Positions 16,015 to 26,714 of a stretch of DNA of 64,000 nt are shown piece after piece. Location of the stretch: positions 1 to 64,000 of the IMG/VR virus record IMGVR_UViG_3300045988_136394; one strand, 5' to 3'. The DNA is from a virus. The position numbers were made by a program, and so were the translations under genes. The notes under the pieces are model-generated. The model did no database searches. It had not been told where the DNA came from and worked only from the letters and a program-made list of their open reading frames with translations. The stretch's first letter is position 1. Each line of letters opens with the position of its first letter.

Positions 16015-16992
16015 TTATTTAGAATTTCGAATTTCTAATCCTAATTGTATTGTCATAAATAGAACGGCTAAATTATCCATGGCTGTTTCGGCGAATACAA
16101 TGCCCATCTTTATTCCACTTTCAACACTTTGAATATAATCCATAACACCTCGAACCTCGGCAATTTGCCATTTAAAACTAAAAATTTCAGCATTTTTCAC
16201 AGCCCAAAAATTCACACCGGACTCATTTTTTTTGAAACTATAACCGGACTCATATGCTACAACGGAGAATAGTGCTTCAAAAGTATTGTATAAAAAGGCT
16301 AATACTTTTAGAGGTGGATCTGTCTTTTCGTCTAACATTTTAGAAATTTCAATAGCCTTGGCAAAATCACGTTCTAAAACTGCATTAATATATAATTGTA
16401 GCTCGGCTGTAGGTAGTGCAATTAATACCCCATCATTAACAGCTTTATTATATAGCTTACTAATTGTTGTATTATTTACTTGTGCCAGCATTTTTAATTT
16501 ATCTAGTTCTAATAAACATAATGTATAGTTTGAAGAACATCTTTTAATTAAATCTTTTGCCTGTGCTGTATCTAAATCGGAATCTTTTTGAATATACTTA
16601 ATTAAAATAGGCTCCGATAATTTTTCAAAATTAACTATAGTATCTTCATAATGTTTATAAAATTTACTTCGTTTATCTAATGTGTTATAAACGAGTATTA
16701 CTTTACAGGCTCCGGAAGTACACAAAGCCTCTAACCGTTGCCATACAACAATATCCTGTTTTATAAAGTCCGTATCATCTCTAATAACATATAATACAGG
16801 CTTGTTTATTAGTTTATTAGCCCCTAATTTTTTAAAAACATCTGCCACTGTTGGCATTTCCTGTTTTAAATAACCTAAATCTGCAATATTATCTATATAA
16901 ACATTTCGAATATAAATTTCTTCACCAATAAAAATATACACATTATCTAATTCATTCGATTTGATTTGTGTTTTTAATTCAGCTATATTCAT
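16015..16992 (-). CDS. clamp-loader delta subunit (HolA-like)
   Basis: N-terminal ...NVYIFIGEEIY resembles the HolA motif (LYGEE). 325 aa. Adjacent to the delta-prime-like and gamma/tau-like genes. Confidence 0.5.
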   Translation of the reverse strand: MNIAELKTQIKSNELDNVYIFIGEEIYIRNVYIDNIADLGYLKQEMPTVADVFKKLGANKLINKPVLYVIRDDTDFIKQDIVVWQRLEALCTSGACKVILVYNTLDKRSKFYKHYEDTIVNFEKLSEPILIKYIQKDSDLDTAQAKDLIKRCSSNYTLCLLELDKLKMLAQVNNTTISKLYNKAVNDGVLIALPTAELQLYINAVLERDFAKAIEISKMLDEKTDPPLKVLAFLYNTFEALFSVVAYESGYSFKKNESGVNFWAVKNAEIFSFKWQIAEVRGVMDYIQSVESGIKMGIVFAETAMDNLAVLFMTIQLGLEIRNSK

Positions 16993-17204
16993 TTCTTATC
17001 GTACCTCACTTGATATATTAATCCGCATTTATGACATACATATTGACGATATTTTACATTCCCAATAAATATTATTTGCAGGCGTGTCAATTTCCCACAC
17101 CTGCAAATGCGAATATTTTTCTTAATAATGTCCCGATATATCTGACGTATTTTATTCTTTTTCATAATAATTTTCATCTGCGAATATAGTGATTCCCTGA
17201 ACAC
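16989..17204 (-). CDS. small zinc-ribbon protein
   Basis: CRCG...CHKCG pairs. Confidence 0.35.
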   Translation of the reverse strand: MFRESLYSQMKIIMKKNKIRQIYRDIIKKNIRICRCGKLTRLQIIFIGNVKYRQYVCHKCGLIYQVRYDKK

Positions 17205-17430
17205 CTAATAAAACGATTTTATCTAAAGGAAATTTATGTTCTATATTACAAATTAACTTTCCTGTATTTTTATTACGTTTATTACCTAGTGCTTTTAAAA
17301 TTCTTGTTTCTGGATCATAACTAAGAAATTTTGCATGACGATATAATATTCGTTGCTTATAAATAACTCCAACATAAAGCTCGTCGCCAACATTTAATAA
17401 TGCAATTTTTTCTTCATTCAACATTTTCAC
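17152..17430 (-). CDS. hypothetical protein
   Basis: 92-aa ORF. Confidence 0.3.
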   Translation of the reverse strand: MKMLNEEKIALLNVGDELYVGVIYKQRILYRHAKFLSYDPETRILKALGNKRNKNTGKLICNIEHKFPLDKIVLLGVQGITIFADENYYEKE

Positions 17431-18286
17431 CCCCTAAAATTTCCCATTGCTGAATTAACCATTTTTTAAAAGCCATGGCTTTATTAATACCGCTATACTG
17501 CAAAATGGATTTTAATTTCAAAGTAGATTGAGTTGAAAAATCTAATTGTTCTTTATCATAATCCCCATCAATAAAACATTCTAAAAGATAATTCGTATAA
17601 GTATTTAAAAATAATTCCAAATCATATTTATCTTCCTCTTCTTTAAAGTTTATCTGATTTGCTATTTTTAAACAATTTGTAATTGTAACTTCTGGAATAT
17701 TTTCAACAACCTTACGAACATAATCACAAAAATCATGAACACCATAATTTAATAACATTTTTACCTGTTCCGGAGTTTCACAGACTTTTGCAATTTTCGT
17801 CAATTCTTCATTCTTTAGTTTTGGCTGAATTTGTAGAGCATATTCTTTAAGTTCTGAAGGTGGAAATGGTAATAAAGAAATTAACATACCACGACTTAAT
17901 ATAGTTGCCAATGTATTTGATGTACTTTTCAATAACATTACAAAGTAAGCCTGTTGTGGAGGTTCTTCAATAACTTTTAGTAAAGCATTTTTAGCTGCAT
18001 TACTCATATTATCGCAATCTTTAAAAACATACATAATAGGTTTTGTTTGTTTATATGCCATTGAAATAATATTACGAACATCATCAACTTTATTACCACA
18101 ATGAATATAAACTGTTTGCAATCTAGTGCTAATACACTCTGCAATATCTTCGGAGGCTATAGAACTAGCCCCCGAAATAATCATAAATCTTGCAAATGTT
18201 AAATTATCTAAAGTATTTTTTAATTCTTCTTGCATCATAATGTCAACAACCCTGCAATAATAAATTGCTTTGGATTCTGCTCCCAT
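17414..18286 (-). CDS. clamp-loader delta-prime subunit (HolB-like AAA+)
   Basis: NALLKVIEEPP and TILSR motifs, characteristic of clamp-loader subunits. Confidence 0.6.
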   Translation of the reverse strand: MGAESKAIYYCRVVDIMMQEELKNTLDNLTFARFMIISGASSIASEDIAECISTRLQTVYIHCGNKVDDVRNIISMAYKQTKPIMYVFKDCDNMSNAAKNALLKVIEEPPQQAYFVMLLKSTSNTLATILSRGMLISLLPFPPSELKEYALQIQPKLKNEELTKIAKVCETPEQVKMLLNYGVHDFCDYVRKVVENIPEVTITNCLKIANQINFKEEEDKYDLELFLNTYTNYLLECFIDGDYDKEQLDFSTQSTLKLKSILQYSGINKAMAFKKWLIQQWEILGGENVE

Positions 18287-19260
18287 TTAATACGATTAAG
18301 TAGTTCTTGCAATTCACCAGTTAAAACAATTATAAATTGCTTCTTGCCAGTTTCTAATTTACACTCTTTGCTGTAAGAACTAGGAATTTGAACATAATCA
18401 AAATTATGACAAATATTATATTTAACTAAATCAAGTACAAAGAAAAAGAATTGGCGTGTAAATTGTTTTAAATCTTTGCCATCCATATATATATTTTCAA
18501 TGGTTTCTATAATGTTAAACTCGTCTTTTTCATATATATATTCCAGTAATTCAAACATTACACCATAATCTGTTGCCCCTAATGCGTTAACTACATTTTC
18601 AACGGTAATATCCCCACTATAAGATAAACATTTATCTAATAATGTAATGGCATCTCTCATTCCGCCATCTGCAATTTTAGCGATGTACTCTAATGCCTCT
18701 TTATCCCATTCATAACAAATCCCTGCATTAACTTCAAGATCATAATTTTCCTTTTGAAGAATTAAATCTAATCTTTCCACAATTTGATTTGTTGGGATAC
18801 GATGAAAATCAAATCGTTGAACTCGACTTAATATTGTAGCCGGGATTTTTTGTGGGTCTGTAGTACACATTAAAAAGATTGTTTTTAGTGGAGGTTCTTC
18901 TAAAAGTTTTAACATGGCATTCCATGCGCCTGTACTTAACATATGAACTTCGTCTAAAATATAAATTTTAAATTCACCGTCTAAAGATTTGTGTTTAGAG
19001 TCATCAATAATGTTACGAACATTTTCAACGCCATTATTGGAAGCGGCATCAATTTCAATGGCTTTACCTTTACCACCATTTAATTCATTGGCAAAAATGC
19101 GAGCACAGGTTGTTTTACCTGTGCCAGCACCGCCAGTAAATAAGTAACAATTTTTATGATTTTTTGTAACAATTTGCTGTTCAAGAATAGCTTTAATATT
19201 CTCTTGAGCTACTACGTCATTAAAAGTTGTTGGTCTATATTTAACAGCGAGTGAAATCAT
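18235..19260 (-). CDS. clamp-loader ATPase (DnaX gamma/tau-like AAA+)
   Basis: Walker A GGAGTGKTT, Walker B ILDEVHML, LLEEPP motif and a sensor TILSRVQ motif. Confidence 0.75.
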   Translation of the reverse strand: MISLAVKYRPTTFNDVVAQENIKAILEQQIVTKNHKNCYLFTGGAGTGKTTCARIFANELNGGKGKAIEIDAASNNGVENVRNIIDDSKHKSLDGEFKIYILDEVHMLSTGAWNAMLKLLEEPPLKTIFLMCTTDPQKIPATILSRVQRFDFHRIPTNQIVERLDLILQKENYDLEVNAGICYEWDKEALEYIAKIADGGMRDAITLLDKCLSYSGDITVENVVNALGATDYGVMFELLEYIYEKDEFNIIETIENIYMDGKDLKQFTRQFFFFVLDLVKYNICHNFDYVQIPSSYSKECKLETGKKQFIIVLTGELQELLNRIKWEQNPKQFIIAGLLTL

Positions 19261-19261
19261 T

Positions 19262-19684
19262 TTAATTCATAAACTCCTTGTTCATCTTCTTCAAAATTTC
19301 AAATAAAGAATCTTCTTTATTATCTTTTAAATCCTTGGTCATCTTTTCATCATTAAGTAATATTGACATTAAACCCATACATAAAGCCAAAGGTGAAATT
19401 TTATGACGTCTTGCAACATCAATAACAATTCCCATAATAGCATATAAAATGCTAAGTTCACATCCATTAGCCTCCACATCAGATGAAAAACCAGTTTCAT
19501 GCGCTGTAAAAACAGCTGATATATTACAATCAATGATCTTTTCTTTTTCAACAAAATCACCAAAATCTGGAACACTACTTAAAAATTCAATAATTTCTTT
19601 TTGGTTACTTTCGCTATCTCCAAAAACTCCCTCATTCACCTGATTCATAAATGTTAAAACTCGCATTACAGTATTATTATTCAT
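19262..19684 (-). CDS. hypothetical protein
   Basis: 140-aa ORF. Confidence 0.35.
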   Translation of the reverse strand: MNNNTVMRVLTFMNQVNEGVFGDSESNQKEIIEFLSSVPDFGDFVEKEKIIDCNISAVFTAHETGFSSDVEANGCELSILYAIMGIVIDVARRHKISPLALCMGLMSILLNDEKMTKDLKDNKEDSLFEILKKMNKEFMN

Positions 19685-20000
19685 CTTGTAAACCCTCCAT
19701 TAATTGTTTAAATAGTTTTTCATTAATAATAAAGTAATCTTCATTATCTCCGAAATTAAATGTTATTGCCCAATAAGGACGACGCATTGCAAATGCTTCT
19801 TCCTTTAACTTTTCAATCCAATCTTTTTGAATTGAAATAGATTTAGATTCTTTAACTTTAGTTTTACATTCAATTAATATCTTATCAGTAATTACATCTC
19901 CTTTCTGAAACATAGTAGCTCCACTGTTTAACTGCTTTCTTCCGTGAAGCTTTTTAGCAATTCTTTTTTCTTGTAAATTGCTATATTTTCTTGTGTCCAT
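19677..20000 (-). CDS. putative PD-(D/E)xK nuclease (resolvase-like)
   Basis: GDVITDKILIECKTK resembles a D...ExK motif. Weak. Confidence 0.3.
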   Translation of the reverse strand: MDTRKYSNLQEKRIAKKLHGRKQLNSGATMFQKGDVITDKILIECKTKVKESKSISIQKDWIEKLKEEAFAMRRPYWAITFNFGDNEDYFIINEKLFKQLMEGLQDE

Positions 20001-20340
20001 TAGAATTAAACTCCTTTATCAAGTCCTGTGCTAAAGTTACAATTTCATAATTATTAATAGGTAATTGAAATCCAGAATATGTTTTTCCTAGTGCGTATAC
20101 CCAATCACTAAAAAATTCATCGTAACAACTTATCTTTATTACACCATATTTCTGATGAAGTTTTGCCAACTCCCTCGCCCATTTATCATAAGTTGCATCA
20201 GAAATTAAATTATCATTTAATCTGTAATAAATGCAACTATGAACTATTAATTGTAACCTTCGACGCTTAATCAGTATTTTAATATCTTCTGGAATAGTAG
20301 GTTCTTTTTTAGCTAACTTTTTAATATCAAATAGTGGCAT
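19981..20340 (-). CDS. hypothetical protein
   Basis: 119-aa ORF. Confidence 0.35.
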   Translation of the reverse strand: MPLFDIKKLAKKEPTIPEDIKILIKRRRLQLIVHSCIYYRLNDNLISDATYDKWARELAKLHQKYGVIKISCYDEFFSDWVYALGKTYSGFQLPINNYEIVTLAQDLIKEFNSNGHKKI

Positions 20341-20403
20341 TTACCGCCCCCCCCTGTATGATACTATTATACTATCATACAGGGTCATTGTCAATGATTA
20401 TTT

Positions 20404-21558
20404 TCAACGAACATTAGAGGAAATAGCTTTTGCAATGTCATCATCCAAATCTTGAAGGAAATCCAAGTTTTCTTCTGCTTCTAAAAATTCAACAACAGAT
20501 TGCCTACCTTGTAATTTAATTTCTTCACCATCTACATCAGTTAAAATTTCGCCATCTTTTGATACAAATCTAAACCATGCTCCGGATTGGTCAATGTAAC
20601 CTAATTTAATTGCAAGGTCTACTAAATCTGATACCCAATCAATTCCAAAAGTATAGTTAAGTGTATAACTACCAACACGACGGTCAGGTCTACATGCTTT
20701 TGTTTTTGGCATATTTATCAACACATAATTACCTGCGGGGGATTCTGTATTTCTTGTTAAATCTTTACCATTTTCATCAAAGAAATTACCCTTACTAAAA
20801 AATAAACGAATTATTGCATTATGTTTCCATGCACGTCCACCAGTAGTATCCTTGCCACCCATAGGACTATTAATCTTATCCCTTAATTGATTAATACCAA
20901 TAAAAGTAGTATTAAATCTTGAACAAATTTGAACTAACTGTTTAGTAAATCTTGTTAATGGAATTGAAATGCCACCATAACTTCTTTTTTCATTGGATTC
21001 TTCATAAACATCCTGTGAAATCAATACTGCAAGACTATCTAACACAGCGAGTCCAAATTCCCCTGTTTCTAAAAGGTTTTGTACAATGTCGAAAACTTGT
21101 TCTGCCGTTTGGTTAGTTGGTTTTACTACCCACAACTCGTCTACATTTACTCCTAATAATTCAGCCCAATCTTCGTCCAATGTATTCTCACAATCCACAA
21201 ATAAGCATTTTAAAGGTCCTCTTGCTTTTAAATGTTTATATGCTTCTTCTTGTGATTTATTTCTCTTTGGAATTTCTTCAAAAGCTTTTAATTCATCTTC
21301 ATATTCTTGTGCAAATAATACCTGTGCATTACCAACAGCGTCAAGGGCTGTAGTTGTTTTTCCGGAGTTTTCTTCCCCTGCAAATTCAATCAGTTTACCT
21401 CGAGGTAAACCTCCATAAAGCATATAGTTTAATCTGCAACTTGTAAATTTTAATTTATTCTTACTTTGCTCATATTTTACTCGACCCTGAAATATAACTT
21501 CAGATTTAAATTTCTTGTTCACTTCCTGCACTACTGTTAATATAGACATCAGGATCAC
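20404..21558 (-). CDS. RecA-family recombinase (RecA/UvsX-like)
   Basis: GGLPRGKLIEFAGEENSGKTT closely matches the RecA Walker A region ([21 protein letters not shown]). Confidence 0.7.
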   Translation of the reverse strand: MILMSILTVVQEVNKKFKSEVIFQGRVKYEQSKNKLKFTSCRLNYMLYGGLPRGKLIEFAGEENSGKTTTALDAVGNAQVLFAQEYEDELKAFEEIPKRNKSQEEAYKHLKARGPLKCLFVDCENTLDEDWAELLGVNVDELWVVKPTNQTAEQVFDIVQNLLETGEFGLAVLDSLAVLISQDVYEESNEKRSYGGISIPLTRFTKQLVQICSRFNTTFIGINQLRDKINSPMGGKDTTGGRAWKHNAIIRLFFSKGNFFDENGKDLTRNTESPAGNYVLINMPKTKACRPDRRVGSYTLNYTFGIDWVSDLVDLAIKLGYIDQSGAWFRFVSKDGEILTDVDGEEIKLQGRQSVVEFLEAEENLDFLQDLDDDIAKAISSNVR

Positions 21559-22108
21559 CCTTTCTGCTTGCTAAATAATCACATAAATGAACAAATTGTT
21601 GTATGTCTGATTTTGGTTTTGGTAAAGTCACATTACTGTTAAAAGCCCTATTCCACTGCCCCATATGGGAAGCAATTAAACGACTAATAATTGCACCACA
21701 TTCAATATATCTTCTAGAACCATTAGTTTCAGCTAATTCTTCACAAACATTTGTCACAAGTTCCGCTGCATAAATAGGATGTTCGAAAACAGTATATTTT
21801 GATTTTCCAAAACCCTTTTTAACGCTATCATGCAAAATCAAAGCGGCTAGAATATAATCTGCTTTTGGCAATAAAATGGAATATTGCTCTAACTGCAATA
21901 AATCTTTAGCCCAGCAACAAGCTGCTAATGTGTGACGAACTAATCCACCTTCACCAAGAGCAAAAGGCGGGTGATATTTACCTGTAGTTGAGGCTGGCAT
22001 TGTATAAAATTCTTTAGGGCATTTTTGCAAACATTCTTCAACAATTTCTTGAATTTTAGGATCTCCAATTTCATTAATATAACGGTTAAAAATTGTGCTA
22101 TCGTACAT
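21506..22108 (-). CDS. HD-domain phosphohydrolase
   Basis: H...HD (ALILHDSVK) metal-binding motifs. Confidence 0.55.
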   Translation of the reverse strand: MYDSTIFNRYINEIGDPKIQEIVEECLQKCPKEFYTMPASTTGKYHPPFALGEGGLVRHTLAACCWAKDLLQLEQYSILLPKADYILAALILHDSVKKGFGKSKYTVFEHPIYAAELVTNVCEELAETNGSRRYIECGAIISRLIASHMGQWNRAFNSNVTLPKPKSDIQQFVHLCDYLASRKGDPDVYINSSAGSEQEI

Positions 22109-22632
22109 TATAAATTCTCCTTATATCCCATATTATTAAGGTTATTAAAATCATTTTCACTAATACGTCTTGTGGCGACCTTTTTCAAGCTTTGTAGCAT
22201 TTCTGTCGCTAAATCTAATTTATTCTGAATTTGCTTTCTTGCACGACTATAAATACTTATAACCAACACATCATAAACAATATCAGATTCAGCTAATTGT
22301 TTACGTTCTATGGCAGTACCTTCATAACTTGAATAACTGTCATTATAACGTTGTAATTTTTCTTGTTTAGCAATATCTTCACGCATGCCTACAAGTTCTT
22401 GCTTTTCATAAGCATAATACATTAAGGCAGGTAAATTTAAAATAAAATAATCAAGTTGTTCATTTGTTAATGTTACATTAGGATTTGAAATTGTTTCTCG
22501 AATTGTATTCATTAAATTATCTAAAGAACCACAACACTCTTTTACAATCGAATTAATATGACGTGTTAAAGCTCTTTGATTAGTATTAATAGAATTTAAT
22601 CTGTCTGTAACTAAAGATTGTTCAATTTCCAT
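22108..22632 (-). CDS. hypothetical protein
   Basis: 174-aa ORF. Confidence 0.35.
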   Translation of the reverse strand: MEIEQSLVTDRLNSINTNQRALTRHINSIVKECCGSLDNLMNTIRETISNPNVTLTNEQLDYFILNLPALMYYAYEKQELVGMREDIAKQEKLQRYNDSYSSYEGTAIERKQLAESDIVYDVLVISIYSRARKQIQNKLDLATEMLQSLKKVATRRISENDFNNLNNMGYKENL

Positions 22633-23173
22633 ATTTCATCCTGTCCTCTATTATTTTTTGTAAATTATGCTTAATATCATATTCAAAAAATGTTCTTTTC
22701 TTTTTACCTTTAAAAACAATACAGCCACCAGGAAGATCATTTATTTTGATAGATTTTTGTTCATCTACCTCTTTTAACATATATAAAACTCTTGCAGGTA
22801 CAAATATCGTTAAATCCTCGTCGACAAACCATAACAGGATACCAGCAATAACTGAATTATAAGAACTCTTATTTTGCAGGCCATTATATTGATTATCAGT
22901 TAAATTTTTAAAATTAAAACTTTTACCATGAATAGTTTTACATTCAATATAAATCAAATAGCCATTAAAAAATACAACAAAATCACAAATATTACGAATA
23001 CCTTTATACCCGGCTGTATCATCTTTAAAACGGTCAAAACATACACCGCAATCATCAAGCTGGGAAGCGATTAAAGCTTCAAACTTTTTTCCTAATGAAA
23101 CAGGCATTTTCCTAATCCTTTCTACATTGTGAACGATATATACAGTATTGACAAATTTTAGCTTTAATACCAA
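22622..23173 (-). CDS. RecU-like Holliday-junction resolvase
   Basis: CDFVVFFNGYLIYIECKTIHGKSF resembles the RecU D...ECK catalytic region. Confidence 0.55.
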   Translation of the reverse strand: MVLKLKFVNTVYIVHNVERIRKMPVSLGKKFEALIASQLDDCGVCFDRFKDDTAGYKGIRNICDFVVFFNGYLIYIECKTIHGKSFNFKNLTDNQYNGLQNKSSYNSVIAGILLWFVDEDLTIFVPARVLYMLKEVDEQKSIKINDLPGGCIVFKGKKKRTFFEYDIKHNLQKIIEDRMKYGN

Positions 23174-23900
23174 CAGGTTTTGGCGGTACTATATTCGCAT
23201 CCACATAATCATCACAATCCTGTATTAATTGTATTAAATCTTTTTTCATTTTTTCTGTTATTTCAAGCAAATAACATTTCTTTTCGCAAGTATCCCTATT
23301 TTCATAAACGAATATAATTTTATCAAGTCCTAAAGATAAGGAATATGCAATGGCCTGTCTTTTATGGTCTTCATCTACATCATTACGAGTAACAAACTTG
23401 CGGGAAACTTCTGTCTTAAACTCTATAATGTATAACTCACCTCTATATTTAATAATACCATCGCATAAAAAACTAATATTCCAAGTTTCATTAAAAAGCT
23501 GTGTTTCAATACCTCGTTTACCTTTTACAATAATTCCGGGTAATTCTTTTTGTTCAACATATTTAGCCACATCTAAATATTCACAAGCAAAGCCATTCTT
23601 TTTCATTTCAATAACAGCATTTTGTAAATGTTCATGCCTATCAGTTCCAGACTCCCCTATACCGATAAGGGGAGCCTCTTTAATAGAACTGTCAGGTTCT
23701 TGCTCAACAATTTGATAAAACATATTACGAATACAATTCAAACTGCTGGGCTTATAATGAGCACTAGGTTTACGTTTATTACTATTTGCTGTTCTTTCAA
23801 TGGACTGCAAATAATCTTGTAAAAAAGATTGTGCTACTGGACTTTGCTTCTTTGCCTCATTTACTAAAGTAAGTAAATTTTTTAAAGAAGATTTAGCCAT
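23112..23900 (-). CDS. Cas4/RecB-like PD-(D/E)xK exonuclease with a C-terminal Cys cluster
   Basis: IIEFKT (ExK) motif plus C-terminal CQYC...C cysteines, typical of Cas4-like Fe-S nucleases. Confidence 0.5.
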   Translation of the reverse strand: MAKSSLKNLLTLVNEAKKQSPVAQSFLQDYLQSIERTANSNKRKPSAHYKPSSLNCIRNMFYQIVEQEPDSSIKEAPLIGIGESGTDRHEHLQNAVIEMKKNGFACEYLDVAKYVEQKELPGIIVKGKRGIETQLFNETWNISFLCDGIIKYRGELYIIEFKTEVSRKFVTRNDVDEDHKRQAIAYSLSLGLDKIIFVYENRDTCEKKCYLLEITEKMKKDLIQLIQDCDDYVDANIVPPKPVGIKAKICQYCIYRSQCRKD

Positions 23901-24981
23901 CGATATCCTCGTCTAAAGAAGATAAAATTTGAACGACTTTACCTTCTACCATTTTAATAGCTGTTGGTGTGCCATAGGATAAAGTGATAATATCTGTGGA
24001 TAAAGTATTTACAAGTTCTTTAAATTGAACAATGTCCAATAAGCACTCAAATTCTTTAAAATCATCACTTTCATCATATGGAATAATTTCTTCTGCTTTT
24101 GTTCTTGAAGAAATCATTTTAAGGCCTGTTTTAGTAAACAACAATTTAATAGTATTTTTATCATATTCAGATACGAAAATACTTAAACGGTCTAATGCCG
24201 CTTGCACTAAAGATTTTTTAATTGTACAAGTAGAAGGAAATTTTGTTTCTAAAAAACCATCAAGAGCTTCTACAGGATACGATTCAATATCTTCTAATTG
24301 TGTGCCTGCAATTTCAATCGTTTTGGATTTAATGATAACATCATTATCTACGAAATATACCTGTACATCTTCCTCTGTAATTAGAGTTGACAATTTCAAT
24401 AATTCGATTGGCAATAATGCAGGTCTTTTAAAAACATTTACTGAATATACGCAAAGCCTCAAGCTATCCGTGGTCATTACCCTGTCATTGAAATAATATC
24501 CAGTTATTACAGGATTTTCAATGGTTTTAGCTAAGCTTGCTGTGCAAATATCATAAACCGCCTGAAGAATTGGCTGTTTAACACGTACGGGTTTAACATC
24601 CTCAGGTATTTCTATGGAAACGTCCGGAAATTGCAATATATCCCCATTTTCGTCCAGTACAAGCTCAATATGATAATATCCATTACCTTTAAAAGTTAAA
24701 ACACCTTCCTCAATGGTAAGAATAATATGCTCACTTGTTGTTTTACTTACAAGCTTAGCAAAACTTGCAACAGGCAATACACAAGAAATATTTGGAGCTT
24801 TTACTTTATCTTTGTAAATACTTAAAAAATTAGCTCCATCTGTAGTTCTTAAACACAATACATTATCTTTTACTTCAAAACCAATATAATTCGTTAAAGG
24901 AATAAGTTTATCACAACTTGCACCTTTAACAACTCTGGATACCATATCTTTTAACTCTGATGTAATAATATCAATTTTCAT
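23893..24981 (-). CDS. DNA polymerase sliding clamp (DnaN-like beta subunit)
   Basis: 362 aa. N-terminal MKIDIIT...L...V pattern and clamp-loader context. Confidence 0.5.
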   Translation of the reverse strand: MKIDIITSELKDMVSRVVKGASCDKLIPLTNYIGFEVKDNVLCLRTTDGANFLSIYKDKVKAPNISCVLPVASFAKLVSKTTSEHIILTIEEGVLTFKGNGYYHIELVLDENGDILQFPDVSIEIPEDVKPVRVKQPILQAVYDICTASLAKTIENPVITGYYFNDRVMTTDSLRLCVYSVNVFKRPALLPIELLKLSTLITEEDVQVYFVDNDVIIKSKTIEIAGTQLEDIESYPVEALDGFLETKFPSTCTIKKSLVQAALDRLSIFVSEYDKNTIKLLFTKTGLKMISSRTKAEEIIPYDESDDFKEFECLLDIVQFKELVNTLSTDIITLSYGTPTAIKMVEGKVVQILSSLDEDIDG

Positions 24982-25559
24982 TATTTACTACTCCTTACTA
25001 AATTAATAAAAGATTGTTGTTCATCAAGATTTTCAAAAACGCCACTAGTATGCAAAGTTCTTGTAACCGCTCCTGGCTTTTTAATACCTCTTGCAGTCAT
25101 ACAAGAATGTTCTCCTTCAATCATTACAATTACATTGTCAGTCGATAAAATAGCAGACATAATACGATGAATACTAAATCCCATTCTTTCCTGAATTTGA
25201 AATCTTTTTGCAACCATATCAGCAATACGTGCCATCTTCGAAAGTCCAATTACTTTCGTTCTTGGATAATATCCAATACTTACATTCATATTATACATCA
25301 ATGCAAGATGATGTTCACAGTGACTAAAAACAGGAATATTTGTACAGGTTACAATACCGTGACCAGTTGTTTCAAAACACTTGCCAAACTTACTAACAAG
25401 ATCGGAATCAGAATAGAACTCACCCTCAAGTTGCTCTAACATCATTTTTGCAAATCTTTTAGGAGTTTCCTTTAATGAAGGATCTTGAAGATCTTTTCCA
25501 AAAGCCTGTAAAATAAGCTCTCCTGCGGATATAAGCATTTGTTCTTTAGTATTTTCCAT
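24981..25559 (-). CDS. folE: GTP cyclohydrolase I (FolE); start moved to the internal Met (MENTKEQ...) that abuts the queE stop
   Basis: HCEHH and GHG motifs of FolE. The ORF track extends to 25697 and overlaps queE. Confidence 0.75.
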   Translation of the reverse strand: MENTKEQMLISAGELILQAFGKDLQDPSLKETPKRFAKMMLEQLEGEFYSDSDLVSKFGKCFETTGHGIVTCTNIPVFSHCEHHLALMYNMNVSIGYYPRTKVIGLSKMARIADMVAKRFQIQERMGFSIHRIMSAILSTDNVIVMIEGEHSCMTARGIKKPGAVTRTLHTSGVFENLDEQQSFINLVRSSK

Positions 25560-25560
25560 T

Positions 25561-26214
25561 TTATACTCCTCTTTCATCCGGATTCCATATAATTTTATGA
25601 AGTTGAACTTGTACCATTGTATTTTCAAACATATTATCTTTAACAAATTGAACAAGTTCTTTCGGTTCAATCTGCCCATACACTGGGCTAAGAACATAGG
25701 TACAAATCAAATCCATATTATAAATTCGTTTAAATTCTTCTAAATCTTCTTTAGTAGCAACAACGAATTTCAATACATCATTATAAGTGAGCTTTTTAAG
25801 ATTACTTTCAAGCATTGAACCTAGCATACCACTACTCGGACATTTCCAATCCATTGTAACAAATACTCCGGGCAAACTACAACATGGTTCAATCGGCACA
25901 GAACCATTTGTTTCAATATTTACATGATACCCACCCCAAGATAAAGCTTCAATAAGATCGTTCATACCCGCTCTAAATAATGGTTCTCCACCTGTTAAAG
26001 TTACACGGCAACAACCAATTTTAGCAATGCTTTCAAGAATTTCCTGTAAAGACATATTTGGTTCTTGAACATCTTGTGCGTAAAGGGTATCACAATAACT
26101 ACAACATAAGTTACAGCCATTAAAGCGTACAAAAGTTGAAAGAAATCCAGTTCTAATTCCTTCACCTTCCACACTTAAAAACATTTCATTTACACTATAT
26201 ATCTTCTTGTTCAT
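25561..26214 (-). CDS. queE: 7-carboxy-7-deazaguanine synthase (QueE, radical SAM)
   Basis: CNLCCSYC (CxxxCxxC) radical-SAM cluster motif, about 217 aa. Confidence 0.75.
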   Translation of the reverse strand: MNKKIYSVNEMFLSVEGEGIRTGFLSTFVRFNGCNLCCSYCDTLYAQDVQEPNMSLQEILESIAKIGCCRVTLTGGEPLFRAGMNDLIEALSWGGYHVNIETNGSVPIEPCCSLPGVFVTMDWKCPSSGMLGSMLESNLKKLTYNDVLKFVVATKEDLEEFKRIYNMDLICTYVLSPVYGQIEPKELVQFVKDNMFENTMVQVQLHKIIWNPDERGV

Positions 26215-26533
26215 AAATTGCTAAATTCCCTTCGCTTTCTTGTACTTCTACTCTGTAACACGTTGGAATAATATCACAAATATATTTTGCAATATTTTCA
26301 GCTGTTGGATTAAAAGGAACAACTTGATTAATACTTTGATGATCGAATACATCCATTACACATTTTTTAATATGTGTAAAATCCTCAACCATGCCATAAT
26401 CCGAAAGTTCTCTAGCTTTGCAATAAATTTTAACTTTCCAATTATGACCGTGAAGATTAGCGCATTTACTCTCATAAGGCAGATTTAAATAATGAGATGC
26501 AGATATTTCTAATTCTTTGATAACTGTGTACAT
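26195..26533 (-). CDS. queD: 6-carboxy-5,6,7,8-tetrahydropterin synthase (QueD)
   Basis: CANLHGHNW (CxxxHGH) zinc motif, about 112 aa. Confidence 0.75.
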   Translation of the reverse strand: MYTVIKELEISASHYLNLPYESKCANLHGHNWKVKIYCKARELSDYGMVEDFTHIKKCVMDVFDHQSINQVVPFNPTAENIAKYICDIIPTCYRVEVQESEGNLAIYEQEDI

Positions 26534-26712
26534 TTTCTTCCTCCTGGTTTAATACGATTATGATATCTTTTTACTTTTACTTCGTGAATAAGATTTAATA
26601 ATACTTCAGCAGAAACTAATAAATTACCATTAGTATATTCATTTGCATATAAAGCAGTCTTTGCTCTTGTTTCTAGTTCTTTGATGGTTTTACCGTCTAC
26701 CATTTTTGCCAT
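26509..26712 (-). CDS. hypothetical 67-aa protein embedded in the deazaguanine operon
   Basis: ORF between queC and queD. No motif. Confidence 0.3.
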   Translation of the reverse strand: MAKMVDGKTIKELETRAKTALYANEYTNGNLLVSAEVLLNLIHEVKVKRYHNRIKPGGRKCTQLSKN

Positions 26713-26714
26713 AA

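Noticed and set aside
21086-21418. Plus-strand ORFs 21086..21418 and 21117..21353 inside the RecA-like gene
   Set aside because: They are antisense to a gene with a clear RecA Walker A motif.
23350-24496. Plus-strand ORFs within the Cas4-like and clamp genes (23350..23715, 23628..23822, 24032..24496)
   Set aside because: They are antisense artefacts with no RBS and low-complexity peptides.
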